A DNA stretch of 64,000 nucleotides. Origin: Actinomycetota bacterium. GTDB taxonomy: Bacteria; Actinomycetota; Actinomycetes; S36-B12. Positions 53,677-61,974 of this stretch are shown in pieces. The stretch lies in assembly GCA_030650795.1 (NCBI GenBank), contig JAUSDJ010000031.1, positions 153,123-217,122 on the forward strand, given 5' to 3'. The notes beneath the pieces are model-generated. The model had not been told where the DNA came from. It did no database searches and worked only from the letters and a program-made list of their open reading frames with translations. The stretch's first letter is position 1. Every line of letters starts with the position of its first letter. Made by a program: the position numbers and the translations under genes.

Positions 53677-55335
53677 ATGCGAGAACGCGTGCGCGCACTC
53701 CTGCGCCCACTTGCGCGCAGGCACGCGAGTCGCCGCTACCTCCCGAACTGGTCAGCCCTCGGACTGCCAGCGCACGAAAGTCCTAACGGAAGCCGCGTGC
53801 TCCTGGCGACCATGGCAGGAGGAAATCTGCAGGCCATGAATGTCGAACGCCTGCTCGCAGCGGCACTCACCGTGCGAGGCCATCACGTCGATGCAGTGCT
53901 GTGCGACGGAGCTCTTCCGGCCTGCATCGAATGCAGCTACCTCGTGATCGCACCGAGCAGGATGGCATCGGCCGGACCGTCAGAATCAATGTGCAGGCAA
54001 TGCACGGCAACAGGCGTGCGCGCATTGGAGTCCGCCGGGGCCAGCTTGCACTCTCTCTCAAAGTGGATCCTGCCCGAGGATCACGCTGAGGCCGAGCGAC
54101 TCAGCGAGTCAGCGTTGGACGTGGCATCACTGACTCTCGACGACATCGCCATCGGGCAGCATGCCCGAGCGGGAGCCCTTCGGTTCGAGGCGCGGGCAGT
54201 GCTCGCTGATGGGCCCGAGAGTCAACGGATCCTCTTGCGCTATCTGCGCGCTGCGGTGCTGACCTGTCGAGCAACGCAAAGGATGATTGAAGACCTCGCC
54301 CCAGATGTCATCGTGCTGCAGCACGGCATCTATGTGCCTCAGGGCGTCGTCGTCGAGACCGCCAAAACGCAAGGAGTTCGGGTTGTCACCTGGACTTCCG
54401 GCTACCCGGAATCATCGATGCTCTTCGCCCATGGTGATACCTACCACCGAACAATGCTGGCCGAGACTCCTGCCGACTGGGCAGACGTTGAGTGGACTCC
54501 GCAGCGTGCGCAGGCAACGCGCGAATACCTGGACTCACGTCGCACAGGATCACGCGATTGGATTCGGTTCGGCTCGGCGCAAGCCTCTGCCTTGGCAGAG
54601 TCATTGCCCCAAGTCGTGCTGGATCCAAGACCATTGGTGCTGGTGCTGCCCAATGTCTCGTGGGATGCCCAGATCCATTTTGAGGGGCGCGCCTTCGCAT
54701 CGCAGACCGACTGGCTTCTGCACACCATCGAGTGGGCACGCACCAGGCCAGATCTCCAAATCGTCATTCGTGCGCATCCGGGCGAGGTGACCGGATTCCT
54801 GCCAGCGCAGGATCCACTTCGCGAAATCCTGCCGATCGCTCACCTCCCAGAGAACGTGAGCTTCGTGGATTCCACTTCTCCAACATCCACCTATGAACTT
54901 GTCGATCTGGCAAACGTCGTCATTGTGTATGGCACAAAAGTTGGAGTCGAGGCCTTGGCTCAAGGTCGGCCGGTGATCACCGTGGGTGAAGCGTGGATCC
55001 GAGGCAAGGAACTCTCTATCGACGTGGAGACATCAACTGAGTACCAAAGGGTCCTTGATCAACTTCCCTTCGCTGACGGGATTGCCCCCGAGCACACTGA
55101 TCGTGCGCTTCGATACGCGCATCACCTGTTCCTGCGGCGCATGATTCCGGTGCGCGCACTCCAACGGGTTACCCATCCCGGACCAGGCCGCCCGCTGTAC
55201 TGGGCGGTCGTGCCCGCGCGCCAATCGCTTGCTCCAGAGCAGGATACTGGTCTGGATGCCGTCTGCAAAGGCATCGTCGAAGGTACCTCGTTCGTTCTTG
55301 ACTCGGCTTCTCCTCCACAGCCCCCAGCGGCATGA
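53677..55335 (+). CDS. KpsC/KpsS-like (Capsule_synth-like) putative ulosonic-acid transferase
   Basis: LVLVLPNVSWDAQIHF, IVIRAHPGEV and VVIVYGTKVGVEALAQGRPVI resemble the LQVxxDxQ / HP / NSxxGxEAL pattern of KpsC/KpsS as I recall it. Start is at MRERV, just after the transketolase stop. Confidence 0.5.
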   Translation: MRERVRALLRPLARRHASRRYLPNWSALGLPAHESPNGSRVLLATMAGGNLQAMNVERLLAAALTVRGHHVDAVLCDGALPACIECSYLVIAPSRMASAGPSESMCRQCTATGVRALESAGASLHSLSKWILPEDHAEAERLSESALDVASLTLDDIAIGQHARAGALRFEARAVLADGPESQRILLRYLRAAVLTCRATQRMIEDLAPDVIVLQHGIYVPQGVVVETAKTQGVRVVTWTSGYPESSMLFAHGDTYHRTMLAETPADWADVEWTPQRAQATREYLDSRRTGSRDWIRFGSAQASALAESLPQVVLDPRPLVLVLPNVSWDAQIHFEGRAFASQTDWLLHTIEWARTRPDLQIVIRAHPGEVTGFLPAQDPLREILPIAHLPENVSFVDSTSPTSTYELVDLANVVIVYGTKVGVEALAQGRPVITVGEAWIRGKELSIDVETSTEYQRVLDQLPFADGIAPEHTDRALRYAHHLFLRRMIPVRALQRVTHPGPGRPLYWAVVPARQSLAPEQDTGLDAVCKGIVEGTSFVLDSASPPQPPAA

Positions 55336-55341
55336 ACCTGG

Positions 55342-56286
55342 TCAGTCAGTGGCTGCGACTTCAGCGGCCTTGATTTTTCGCGCCCTTCGGGATGCGGCAC
55401 GGGTGCCAACAAGTGCTAGCACCTCACTCCGCAGCGGTTCTTCCAATGTCTCTTCCAATGCCAACCGAAGCCTGCCCGCAGCCTTGTTCGCTTCGCGCAC
55501 TGCCTTGGGGCTGGGCCGCTCGTCAACTGGCCGATCCCATTGTTTGGCGAGAGCGATGATCCGCTTGATGTAGTCGTAGGACTCGGCGTCGCTCCGAATC
55601 GAATCAAGGCCTTGTCTGGCACTCAGTAAGTCGCCCAATTTTCTCGTGATTTCGATGAGATCGAGCGCCCGAGTGGAGACGCTCCGATTTGACCACATCC
55701 CAAGCGCCTGCGGATCAAACTCCACGTGCGCCAGGCCCAATGCCGCGAGGAATCGCTGAGCGAGCGGCTCCTCGCCGACCAGCGGAAGCAGAACAATGTC
55801 ACGCTCTGCGCTTTGCTCGTAGGCCCACGTGGACCACACATTGAGCCAGACATCGAGATCCCCAACATCGAGCTGGACATCGAGCTGCTCCGATTTCTGC
55901 TGGGAAGGCCGCGCGGGCAAAGCCTGCGCGCGTTGATTCATCCGCGAGAGGGTCCAATCCTCGAGTAGTCGCAGGACGAATACGACAGTGATCGAATCGA
56001 AGTGATGCGCGATTCCGTTCATGAGTCCATCGATACCTGCGGGATCCAAAGTGCAGAGGAACTCTGATGAGAGGATCACAACTTCAGCCGGATCTTCGCC
56101 GATGATGTCCGGCCAGAGTCGCGGGCGTTGCCCACTCGCCAGAGTCTGCACAAGTTTGGTGGGACGAAGTCGCACGAAGCTCACATCATGCGCTGCCAGG
56201 ATTTCAGTTGAGCGTGCGAATCCGTCCTGCAATGACGTCGATCCACACTTCGGCAGACCCACATGCAGGATGAGTCGCTTAGGCAC
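55342..56286 (-). CDS. sulfotransferase-fold-like P-loop protein (paralog of 44513-45655)
   Basis: MPKRLILHVGLPKCGSTSLQ, VVILSSEFL, VFVLRLLEDWTLSRMNQ. Confidence 0.4.
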   Translation of the reverse strand: MPKRLILHVGLPKCGSTSLQDGFARSTEILAAHDVSFVRLRPTKLVQTLASGQRPRLWPDIIGEDPAEVVILSSEFLCTLDPAGIDGLMNGIAHHFDSITVVFVLRLLEDWTLSRMNQRAQALPARPSQQKSEQLDVQLDVGDLDVWLNVWSTWAYEQSAERDIVLLPLVGEEPLAQRFLAALGLAHVEFDPQALGMWSNRSVSTRALDLIEITRKLGDLLSARQGLDSIRSDAESYDYIKRIIALAKQWDRPVDERPSPKAVREANKAAGRLRLALEETLEEPLRSEVLALVGTRAASRRARKIKAAEVAATD

Positions 56287-56303
56287 AGTTCAGCGATCCG
56301 AAC

Positions 56304-56930
56304 TCAAGGCGCGATCTGTTCGTGATTGAACTGTCGGTACATGTGCGCAGTGAACAGGGCCGTGAACGGCAAGGTCAGCAGTGTCAGCACACCGAAGAAC
56401 AAGGTGCCCGACAGGCTCACGATGACGTTCAGGATGGTCATGATCGCCGCTGGGCCGATGTTCATGCGAATGGCTTCGAAACTCGATCTGATGGCTTGTC
56501 CGACATTTGATCCCCTGTCGAGCACAAAGAAGGGGCCAAGTTGGAGAAAGAAGATCACGAAGAAGGCCGGAAGGATGCACAAGAGCAGGCCAACAATGGT
56601 GAGTGCGATGTAGGCGAGCACGAACAGGATGTAGCGGCCAAGGTTCTGCATGGTGAGCATGTCCGCAAAACTCGGCTCGTGGCCTTGGGTGGTGCGCAGG
56701 GCTGCGCGATCAACGCCGATGGCGGCGAACGCTGAAAGCAGAAGAAAGACGAAGGTAAGGATCAGCAGGGCGAAGGCGCCCGCGCCTGCTTCGCTGAACA
56801 GGCGCTGAGCGACCTGCGCAATGAACTGGGTGACCATGACCACGGCGGCCAGAGCCAGCAGTGGCACCGCATTCGCGCGAAAGGTGTCAAAGGCCCAGAT
56901 CAGAGCCTTTCGAACGTCGGGCTTATCCAT
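56304..56930 (-). CDS. integral membrane protein (conserved backbone, unknown function)
   Basis: Start at MDKPDVRKALIWAFDTF. Four to five TM helices. The ORF track extension to 57260 overlaps the upstream gene. Confidence 0.5.
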   Translation of the reverse strand: MDKPDVRKALIWAFDTFRANAVPLLALAAVVMVTQFIAQVAQRLFSEAGAGAFALLILTFVFLLLSAFAAIGVDRAALRTTQGHEPSFADMLTMQNLGRYILFVLAYIALTIVGLLLCILPAFFVIFFLQLGPFFVLDRGSNVGQAIRSSFEAIRMNIGPAAIMTILNVIVSLSGTLFFGVLTLLTLPFTALFTAHMYRQFNHEQIAP

Positions 56931-58275
56931 TGATCTGCTCGCTCTCGTGGTCTGGAGCGGCTGATGCTTCCACATCTTGGACGCTCTTCGCCCCAGCTGT
57001 CTCTGCCGATGGGCTTTTGGCCTGTGGCTGCGCATCGGGCATAGCGTCATCGCCTGTTGGAGTCGGCTCGGCGTTGTAGTACTTGTCTCGCGGCTGTTCA
57101 ACCTCTGGCGGTGGCACCGTGCGCAGCGCGAGGGCTGTTGGCACGGCTCCGATCGCGGTGAGGCCAAAGGCAAGCAGACCAACGAATACGGGGTCCGGTC
57201 CGATGCTGAGCAGGCGGACGTCCCCGAGTGATCCGGCGCTGAGCGAAGTGAGTAGACCAATCACCACACCGACCACTACGCAGGCAGCTGTGGCACTTGC
57301 GAGGCGCATGAGTGCTGGCAGCGGTCCGCCTCGCACGCAAGTGATACCAACGCCAACACCGATGATCACAGCGATGATCGGCAGACCCCAGGCGAGCGGC
57401 CCGACTCGCTCTGGCAGCGCGGCCAGCAGCGGGAAGGCAGGAAGCTCGGTCGGTGGTGGCGTGGGCATGAACGGCGACAGGCCAATGCCCGGTCCGATAG
57501 CGATGCCTGGCCCAAGCAGGTAGGCGGTGGACCAGAGGACGAGCACTGGGAGGTAGCCGATGCAGGCAATCACGATGAGCAGGCCGCCGAAGACTCCAGC
57601 ATCGAGGAACTCCAGAATCTCGCGGGCCTGCCAGAAGTGCCAGATCAGCGAGATCAGTGCCAGTACGGCGCCAGCACCGAGCAGGCCGAGCATTCCCGCT
57701 GCTCCCGCTCGCAGGACAGTCCAGATGTCCTTGGGGATCAGCTTGAGCAAGGCCCTGCCCTGATCAGTTGTCCTGCCGAGGGCAACCGCGAAGGTCACAG
57801 CGGCGATCACAGCCCCTGTGAGCGCCGCTTGGCCTGTGGGGGCTTGCAGCCCCGGGGTGGCTGTGATCGCTGCGACCGCGGCCATCACGACCGCGTAGGT
57901 CAGCGTTGCAACGGCGAGAAGGATGCCAAGTTCGAGCCTGCCAGAGCGCTTGGTGGCGCGGCCGAGCATGAGGCCAGCACGGTAGAGGGCGAAGATCACG
58001 ATGATCACCAGGCCCCATGGCAGGATCGAGTACTTCACGCTGCCGTTGTTCAGCGGCACATTCTGGATGCCGAGCCAAGCCCCGCCGATGAGATCAAAGA
58101 GCTCACGCGGTCCATTTGAACCGTGCTCTGTGGTGAGCCAGGCCGCCCAGATGGGAATGCCGATGAGGACGAAGCTGCTTGCCGCGGCAAAGAGGACTCC
58201 GATAGGAGCGATGAACCACCGCGGATGGAGTCGGGAAGTCAGCGCTTTCAGGTCGTTCATCACCGGCGCGCTCAC
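56923..58275 (-). CDS. polytopic membrane protein (PerM/DUF6350-like?) with acidic/Pro-rich C-terminal tail
   Basis: 450 aa, more than 10 TM helices. Its position between sucCD and purNH recalls the mycobacterial membrane proteins in that interval. Homology not verified. Confidence 0.5.
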   Translation of the reverse strand: MSAPVMNDLKALTSRLHPRWFIAPIGVLFAAASSFVLIGIPIWAAWLTTEHGSNGPRELFDLIGGAWLGIQNVPLNNGSVKYSILPWGLVIIVIFALYRAGLMLGRATKRSGRLELGILLAVATLTYAVVMAAVAAITATPGLQAPTGQAALTGAVIAAVTFAVALGRTTDQGRALLKLIPKDIWTVLRAGAAGMLGLLGAGAVLALISLIWHFWQAREILEFLDAGVFGGLLIVIACIGYLPVLVLWSTAYLLGPGIAIGPGIGLSPFMPTPPPTELPAFPLLAALPERVGPLAWGLPIIAVIIGVGVGITCVRGGPLPALMRLASATAACVVVGVVIGLLTSLSAGSLGDVRLLSIGPDPVFVGLLAFGLTAIGAVPTALALRTVPPPEVEQPRDKYYNAEPTPTGDDAMPDAQPQAKSPSAETAGAKSVQDVEASAAPDHESEQING

Positions 58276-58298
58276 TGGTCCACCATTTCAGACTTTGG

Positions 58299-58331
58299 TG
58301 CACTGATCGTGGACCTGCCGTGGGTGTTCGA
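58299..58331. repeat. left copy of 33-bp direct repeat flanking the AbiE cassette
   Basis: tgcactgatcgtggacctgccgtgggtgttcga versus 59899-59931 tgcgctgatcgtggacctgccgcctgtgttcga. 29 of 33 positions identical, with an 18-nt perfect core, exactly 1600 bp apart. Confidence 0.75.
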
Positions 58332-58450
58332 GAGCTCACCCCACTCTGTAGGGGTGAATAGGACAACACCGACCTTGAAGTGTGTATAAAAAAAAGTCTG
58401 AAACATTTCTGATATGCTTTCACGCAGGTTCTTTACACAGGAGATGCCCG

Positions 58451-59278
58451 ATGCGTACGCTTTCCGCAGTACCGATAGCGCGCCTTCGCGATGACATTGT
58501 CGGACGTGGCATCAGCGCACTCACGCTCAATGAGGTCGTTGCACTGACGGGACTCACGCGCGGTTCGGCTCGTGAGGCAATGAGGCGGACTCGCGCTGCG
58601 GGCCACTTCTTCGCTCCCACTCCCGGCCTCTACATCCCCATACCATCGGAGTATTCAAGCTGGGGCGTCGTGCCCGCCATGGACTTCATCGATCAGATGA
58701 TGGGCTTTCTCGGAAGGTCGTATTGCGTCGGACTGCTGTCGGCTGCAGAACTGCATGGCGCCGCACACCAGCGCCCGCAGGTGTTCCAGGTGATGGTCGA
58801 TCGCCCCCTCGCAAATCGTGACATCGAGCGTGTCCGGCTTCGCTTCTACGAGCGCGTCGATGTCGGTCACACGCCGGTCGTTCTCAAGAACTCACGCACT
58901 TCACAAGTGCGTGTTTCCTCTCCTGAGACGACGGTGTTGGACCTTGTCGATCGGCCACGCGACTCAGGTGCGCTATTCAATGTTGCCACTGTCATCGGTG
59001 AATTCGTGCAAGAAGAACTACTCGACGCTGAGACGCTGGTGGCCCTCGCTTCGTCCTACCCACTCGCCACGGCCCGCAGGCTCGGTTGGCTGCTCGACCG
59101 CGACGCCGAGTTCGTTGAGACGACCACGCTGTCAGCGCCCCTCCAGGAGTTCGTCAACAGTCGAACGACCGAGGGGAAAAGGTCAGTTGACATGCTCGAT
59201 GCCAGCGGGCCACGACGCGGCAAGGCGAACAAGAAATGGGGAATCATCGAGAATGTCGAAGTGGAGCCTGACCTGTGA
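58451..59278 (+). CDS. abiEi: AbiEi family type IV TA antitoxin / transcriptional regulator
   Basis: LTLNEVVALTGLTRGSAREAMRR wHTH N-terminus. GVVPAMDFIDQMMGFLGRSYCVGLLSAAELHGAAHQRPQVFQVM is the conserved AbiEi core. An AT-rich promoter region lies upstream. Confidence 0.8.
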   Translation: MRTLSAVPIARLRDDIVGRGISALTLNEVVALTGLTRGSAREAMRRTRAAGHFFAPTPGLYIPIPSEYSSWGVVPAMDFIDQMMGFLGRSYCVGLLSAAELHGAAHQRPQVFQVMVDRPLANRDIERVRLRFYERVDVGHTPVVLKNSRTSQVRVSSPETTVLDLVDRPRDSGALFNVATVIGEFVQEELLDAETLVALASSYPLATARRLGWLLDRDAEFVETTTLSAPLQEFVNSRTTEGKRSVDMLDASGPRRGKANKKWGIIENVEVEPDL

Positions 59279-59890
59279 TTCCTCAAGCAGTGATTCAAGC
59301 CTGGGCAGTGGATCGACCCTGGCCGACTTTGGTGGCCGTGGAGCAGGATCTTGTGCTGGCCAGACTCATTGTCGAGCTTGCAGCCCATCCGATGCTCAGC
59401 AACGAACTCGTCTCTCGCGGTGGCACATGCCTTCATCAACTCGTGCTGAATCGACCGCGCCGCGAGCCTGCGCATCAAAGTCGAGATCAACACTCACGAG
59501 ACATCGCCAGCATTGCCCACCATCAGAATGCCCTTCGCCGTCAAGAGTGAGTGGTTCACTGGGAACGCGGAAGTGCACACCTTCGCGGTGGCCGAGTTGT
59601 TCGCTACCAAGATCCGGGCTCTGTATCAACGAAGGAAGGGTCGCGACCTCTTTGACATGTGGCTCGGCCTCACCGAACTTCAGATGCCGGGGTCACAAAT
59701 TGTCGGAGCATTCGGGCCCTACCGCCCCGCTGGCCTCACAGCGACCCTCGCGGAGGAAAACCTGCGGGAGAAGCTCAACAATGCACAGTTCCGATCAGAC
59801 CTGGATGCACTCGTCTCAGTGTGGCCGCCTGCGTTCGACATTGACGATGCTGCCGAGCTCGTCATCGCCGAAGTGTTGCGATTGTTGTAG
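59275..59890 (+). pseudogene. abiEii: AbiEii nucleotidyltransferase toxin, disrupted (frame change plus internal deletion)
   Basis: Frame 1 (59275-59550) gives the N-terminus up to LVSRGGTCLHQLVLNRPRR, then nonsense. Frame 2 resumes at about 59444 with LRIKVEINTHETS...ELFATKIRALYQRRKGRDLFDMW. The expected RxSxDxD catalytic segment between GGT and KVEIN is absent. Confidence 0.65.
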
Positions 59891-59898
59891 CTCACGAA

Positions 59899-59931
59899 TG
59901 CGCTGATCGTGGACCTGCCGCCTGTGTTCGA
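59899..59931. repeat. right copy of 33-bp direct repeat flanking the AbiE cassette
   Basis: See the left copy. Lies immediately 3' of the GGDEF-EAL gene stop codon (59932-59934, minus strand). Confidence 0.75.
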
Positions 59932-61221
59932 TCAAGAATGCAGATAGACGTTCTTGAAGAGCTCACTGATCTGGCTTGGCGGCACAGCTTCGGAGTAGAG
60001 GAAACCTTGTGCGCTCGGGCAGCCAACTGATCTGAGGTATGCCGCCTGATCTGCGTTCTCGACTCCCTCGGCAGTGACATGAAGGCCGAATTCTCGGGCC
60101 AAGGCCACAATCCCAGCAATCAGGCGTCGGTCAATATCACTGGTCAATACGTTGGCCACAAAACTCCTGTCAATCTTCACAACATCTACAGGGTATTCGC
60201 GTAAGTAGGCCAATGACGCAAAGCCGGTACCGAAGTCATCAATGGCAATCCGTATTCCACGGTCGCGAATGCCAAAGACATTTGCTCGCACCGTGGGGGT
60301 TGGACGCAGCAGAGCAGTCTCAGTGATTTCAAAGCACAACAGTTCGGGGCGAACCGAACTGGAAATCAGCGCTCGATCCATGGTGTCCAGCAATGTCGGC
60401 ATCGACAGTTGCAATGCCGAAACATTGACGCGCACGAGCAGTGCCCGTTCTGGATGCTCAATCGCCCAATTGGCAGCCTGATGGAAGGACTGCTCGATAA
60501 CCCAACTGCCAATCTCCAGAATCAGACCAGTGTCCTCAGCAGTGCGAATGAACTCTTCAGCAAGTCGCATGTTGCAACCCGGACGAAGCCACCGAATCAG
60601 TGCTTCAACTGCCCTGATTTCTCCAGATTCGAGATCGATCTCGGGTTGGTACCAAACGTGTAATTCTTCTCGCTCGAGTGCAGCGCTCAGTTGATTTTCA
60701 GCTGTGACGCGTGCAAGCACCGCAGCTTGAATATCCGAGTTGAAAAAGGCCATTTGGTCGCGACCCTCTGATTTGGCAGTGGCCATCGCTGTTTCGGCTT
60801 CGTGTATCACAATCTCGGGTTCGCTCTGATCACTCGCAATTGCCACGCCAACGCTGACAGTGGTGAATAGTGAATTGCCAAAGACTTCAAGCGCATCATG
60901 GAATTCATTGATGATGCGCATGGCCGCACGAACAGGCTCGGTGGGGTTGCTCAGTTCGCGAATGACAACCAAGAACTCATCGCTGCCTGCACGAGCAACG
61001 AGATCACTGCCTCGAACGGTCGCCTTGATTCGCTCGGCGGCCGCGCGAAGAAGTTCATCACCAACACGGCGACCAAGCGCTTCATTGACTTCGGTGAATC
61101 GATCCAGTCCAATCATCAGGACTGCAGTTGCTCGACCTGAACGGCGACTGGAACTCAGCGCGCGGCCCAACTCAGCCAGCAGGGCGTCGCGGCTGGCGAG
61201 ACCGGTCAACTGGTCTTGCAT
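59932..61221 (-). CDS. GGDEF(GSDEF)-EAL protein, probable c-di-GMP phosphodiesterase, no N-terminal sensor domain
   Basis: Begins directly with MQDQLTGLASRD. The A-site reads RAGSDEF and RGSD is at I-site spacing. The EAL domain has EALIRW, NVSALQL, EITE, DDFGTGFASL, KIDRSF, AEGVEN and QG, so all catalytic positions are present. Confidence 0.85.
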   Translation of the reverse strand: MQDQLTGLASRDALLAELGRALSSSRRSGRATAVLMIGLDRFTEVNEALGRRVGDELLRAAAERIKATVRGSDLVARAGSDEFLVVIRELSNPTEPVRAAMRIINEFHDALEVFGNSLFTTVSVGVAIASDQSEPEIVIHEAETAMATAKSEGRDQMAFFNSDIQAAVLARVTAENQLSAALEREELHVWYQPEIDLESGEIRAVEALIRWLRPGCNMRLAEEFIRTAEDTGLILEIGSWVIEQSFHQAANWAIEHPERALLVRVNVSALQLSMPTLLDTMDRALISSSVRPELLCFEITETALLRPTPTVRANVFGIRDRGIRIAIDDFGTGFASLAYLREYPVDVVKIDRSFVANVLTSDIDRRLIAGIVALAREFGLHVTAEGVENADQAAYLRSVGCPSAQGFLYSEAVPPSQISELFKNVYLHS

Positions 61222-61374
61222 CGCTACTTCACCAACTCAACCACCGGGAGCCTCCGCTTACTATCCAGATTCGGCCCAAGGCTACCGTGGAGAAGCCCCT
61301 CAAAAGTCGTCATATCTATGTATTCTTTCCCCATCCACTATTGACTTGTTTATTGATACATAGGACCATGCCAT

Positions 61375-61974
61375 ATGGCCTCGAAATCCGGACGGCGTCC
61401 CACTCCTCCATTGGCCCAACTCTTTGCCAGCGCAACACTGCCACGCCTTCTGGCTGCGCTCTTCCTGCACGATCGGATCAATGTCACTCAACTCGTCCAG
61501 AATGTGGGTGTGAGTCGAGCTGTTGTCAGTCGAGAGCTTGCCCGGCTTGATGAGCTGGGTCTGCTTGAAAGCAAACGTGAGGGCAACATCCGCTGGGTGT
61601 CGATCATTGAACATTCCGAAGTGGCTGCTGCTTTGCGCACACTCGCACTCGCCTCCTATGGCCCGCCCGCAGTTGTAGCTGGCGAGTTTGCATCAATTGC
61701 TGGTGTTGAGCGGTGCTTCATATATGGCTCCTGGGCATCACGCAATGCCGGAGTGCGCGGCGCGCTTCCGCGCGATGTCGACGTACTGCTCATCGGCAAT
61801 CCCGATCGCGACAAGGTTTTCCAGGCCGAAGCGCGTGCCGAATCTCGACTCGGGCGCGAAGTGAACACAAGAACTCTCAGCGAACGAGAGTGGACCAGCG
61901 ATGCTGATCCGTTCTTTGCGGCATTGAAGGAACGCCCACTATTCGAAGTGAAGCCTGATGACAACAGAAAATGA
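61375..61974 (+). CDS. winged-HTH fused to minimal nucleotidyltransferase (MNT-like antitoxin candidate)
   Basis: LPRLLAALFLHDRINVTQLVQNVGVSRAVVSRELARLDELGLL (ArsR-like wHTH), then FIYGSWASRNAGVRGALPRDVDVLLIG (GS...DxD NTase motif). Confidence 0.6.
   Translation: MASKSGRRPTPPLAQLFASATLPRLLAALFLHDRINVTQLVQNVGVSRAVVSRELARLDELGLLESKREGNIRWVSIIEHSEVAAALRTLALASYGPPAVVAGEFASIAGVERCFIYGSWASRNAGVRGALPRDVDVLLIGNPDRDKVFQAEARAESRLGREVNTRTLSEREWTSDADPFFAALKERPLFEVKPDDNRK

Noticed and set aside
58818-59906. 362-aa plus-strand ORF spanning abiEi and abiEii.
   Set aside because: Ser/Arg/Cys-rich translation that is out of frame with two recognisable protein families occupying the same DNA.
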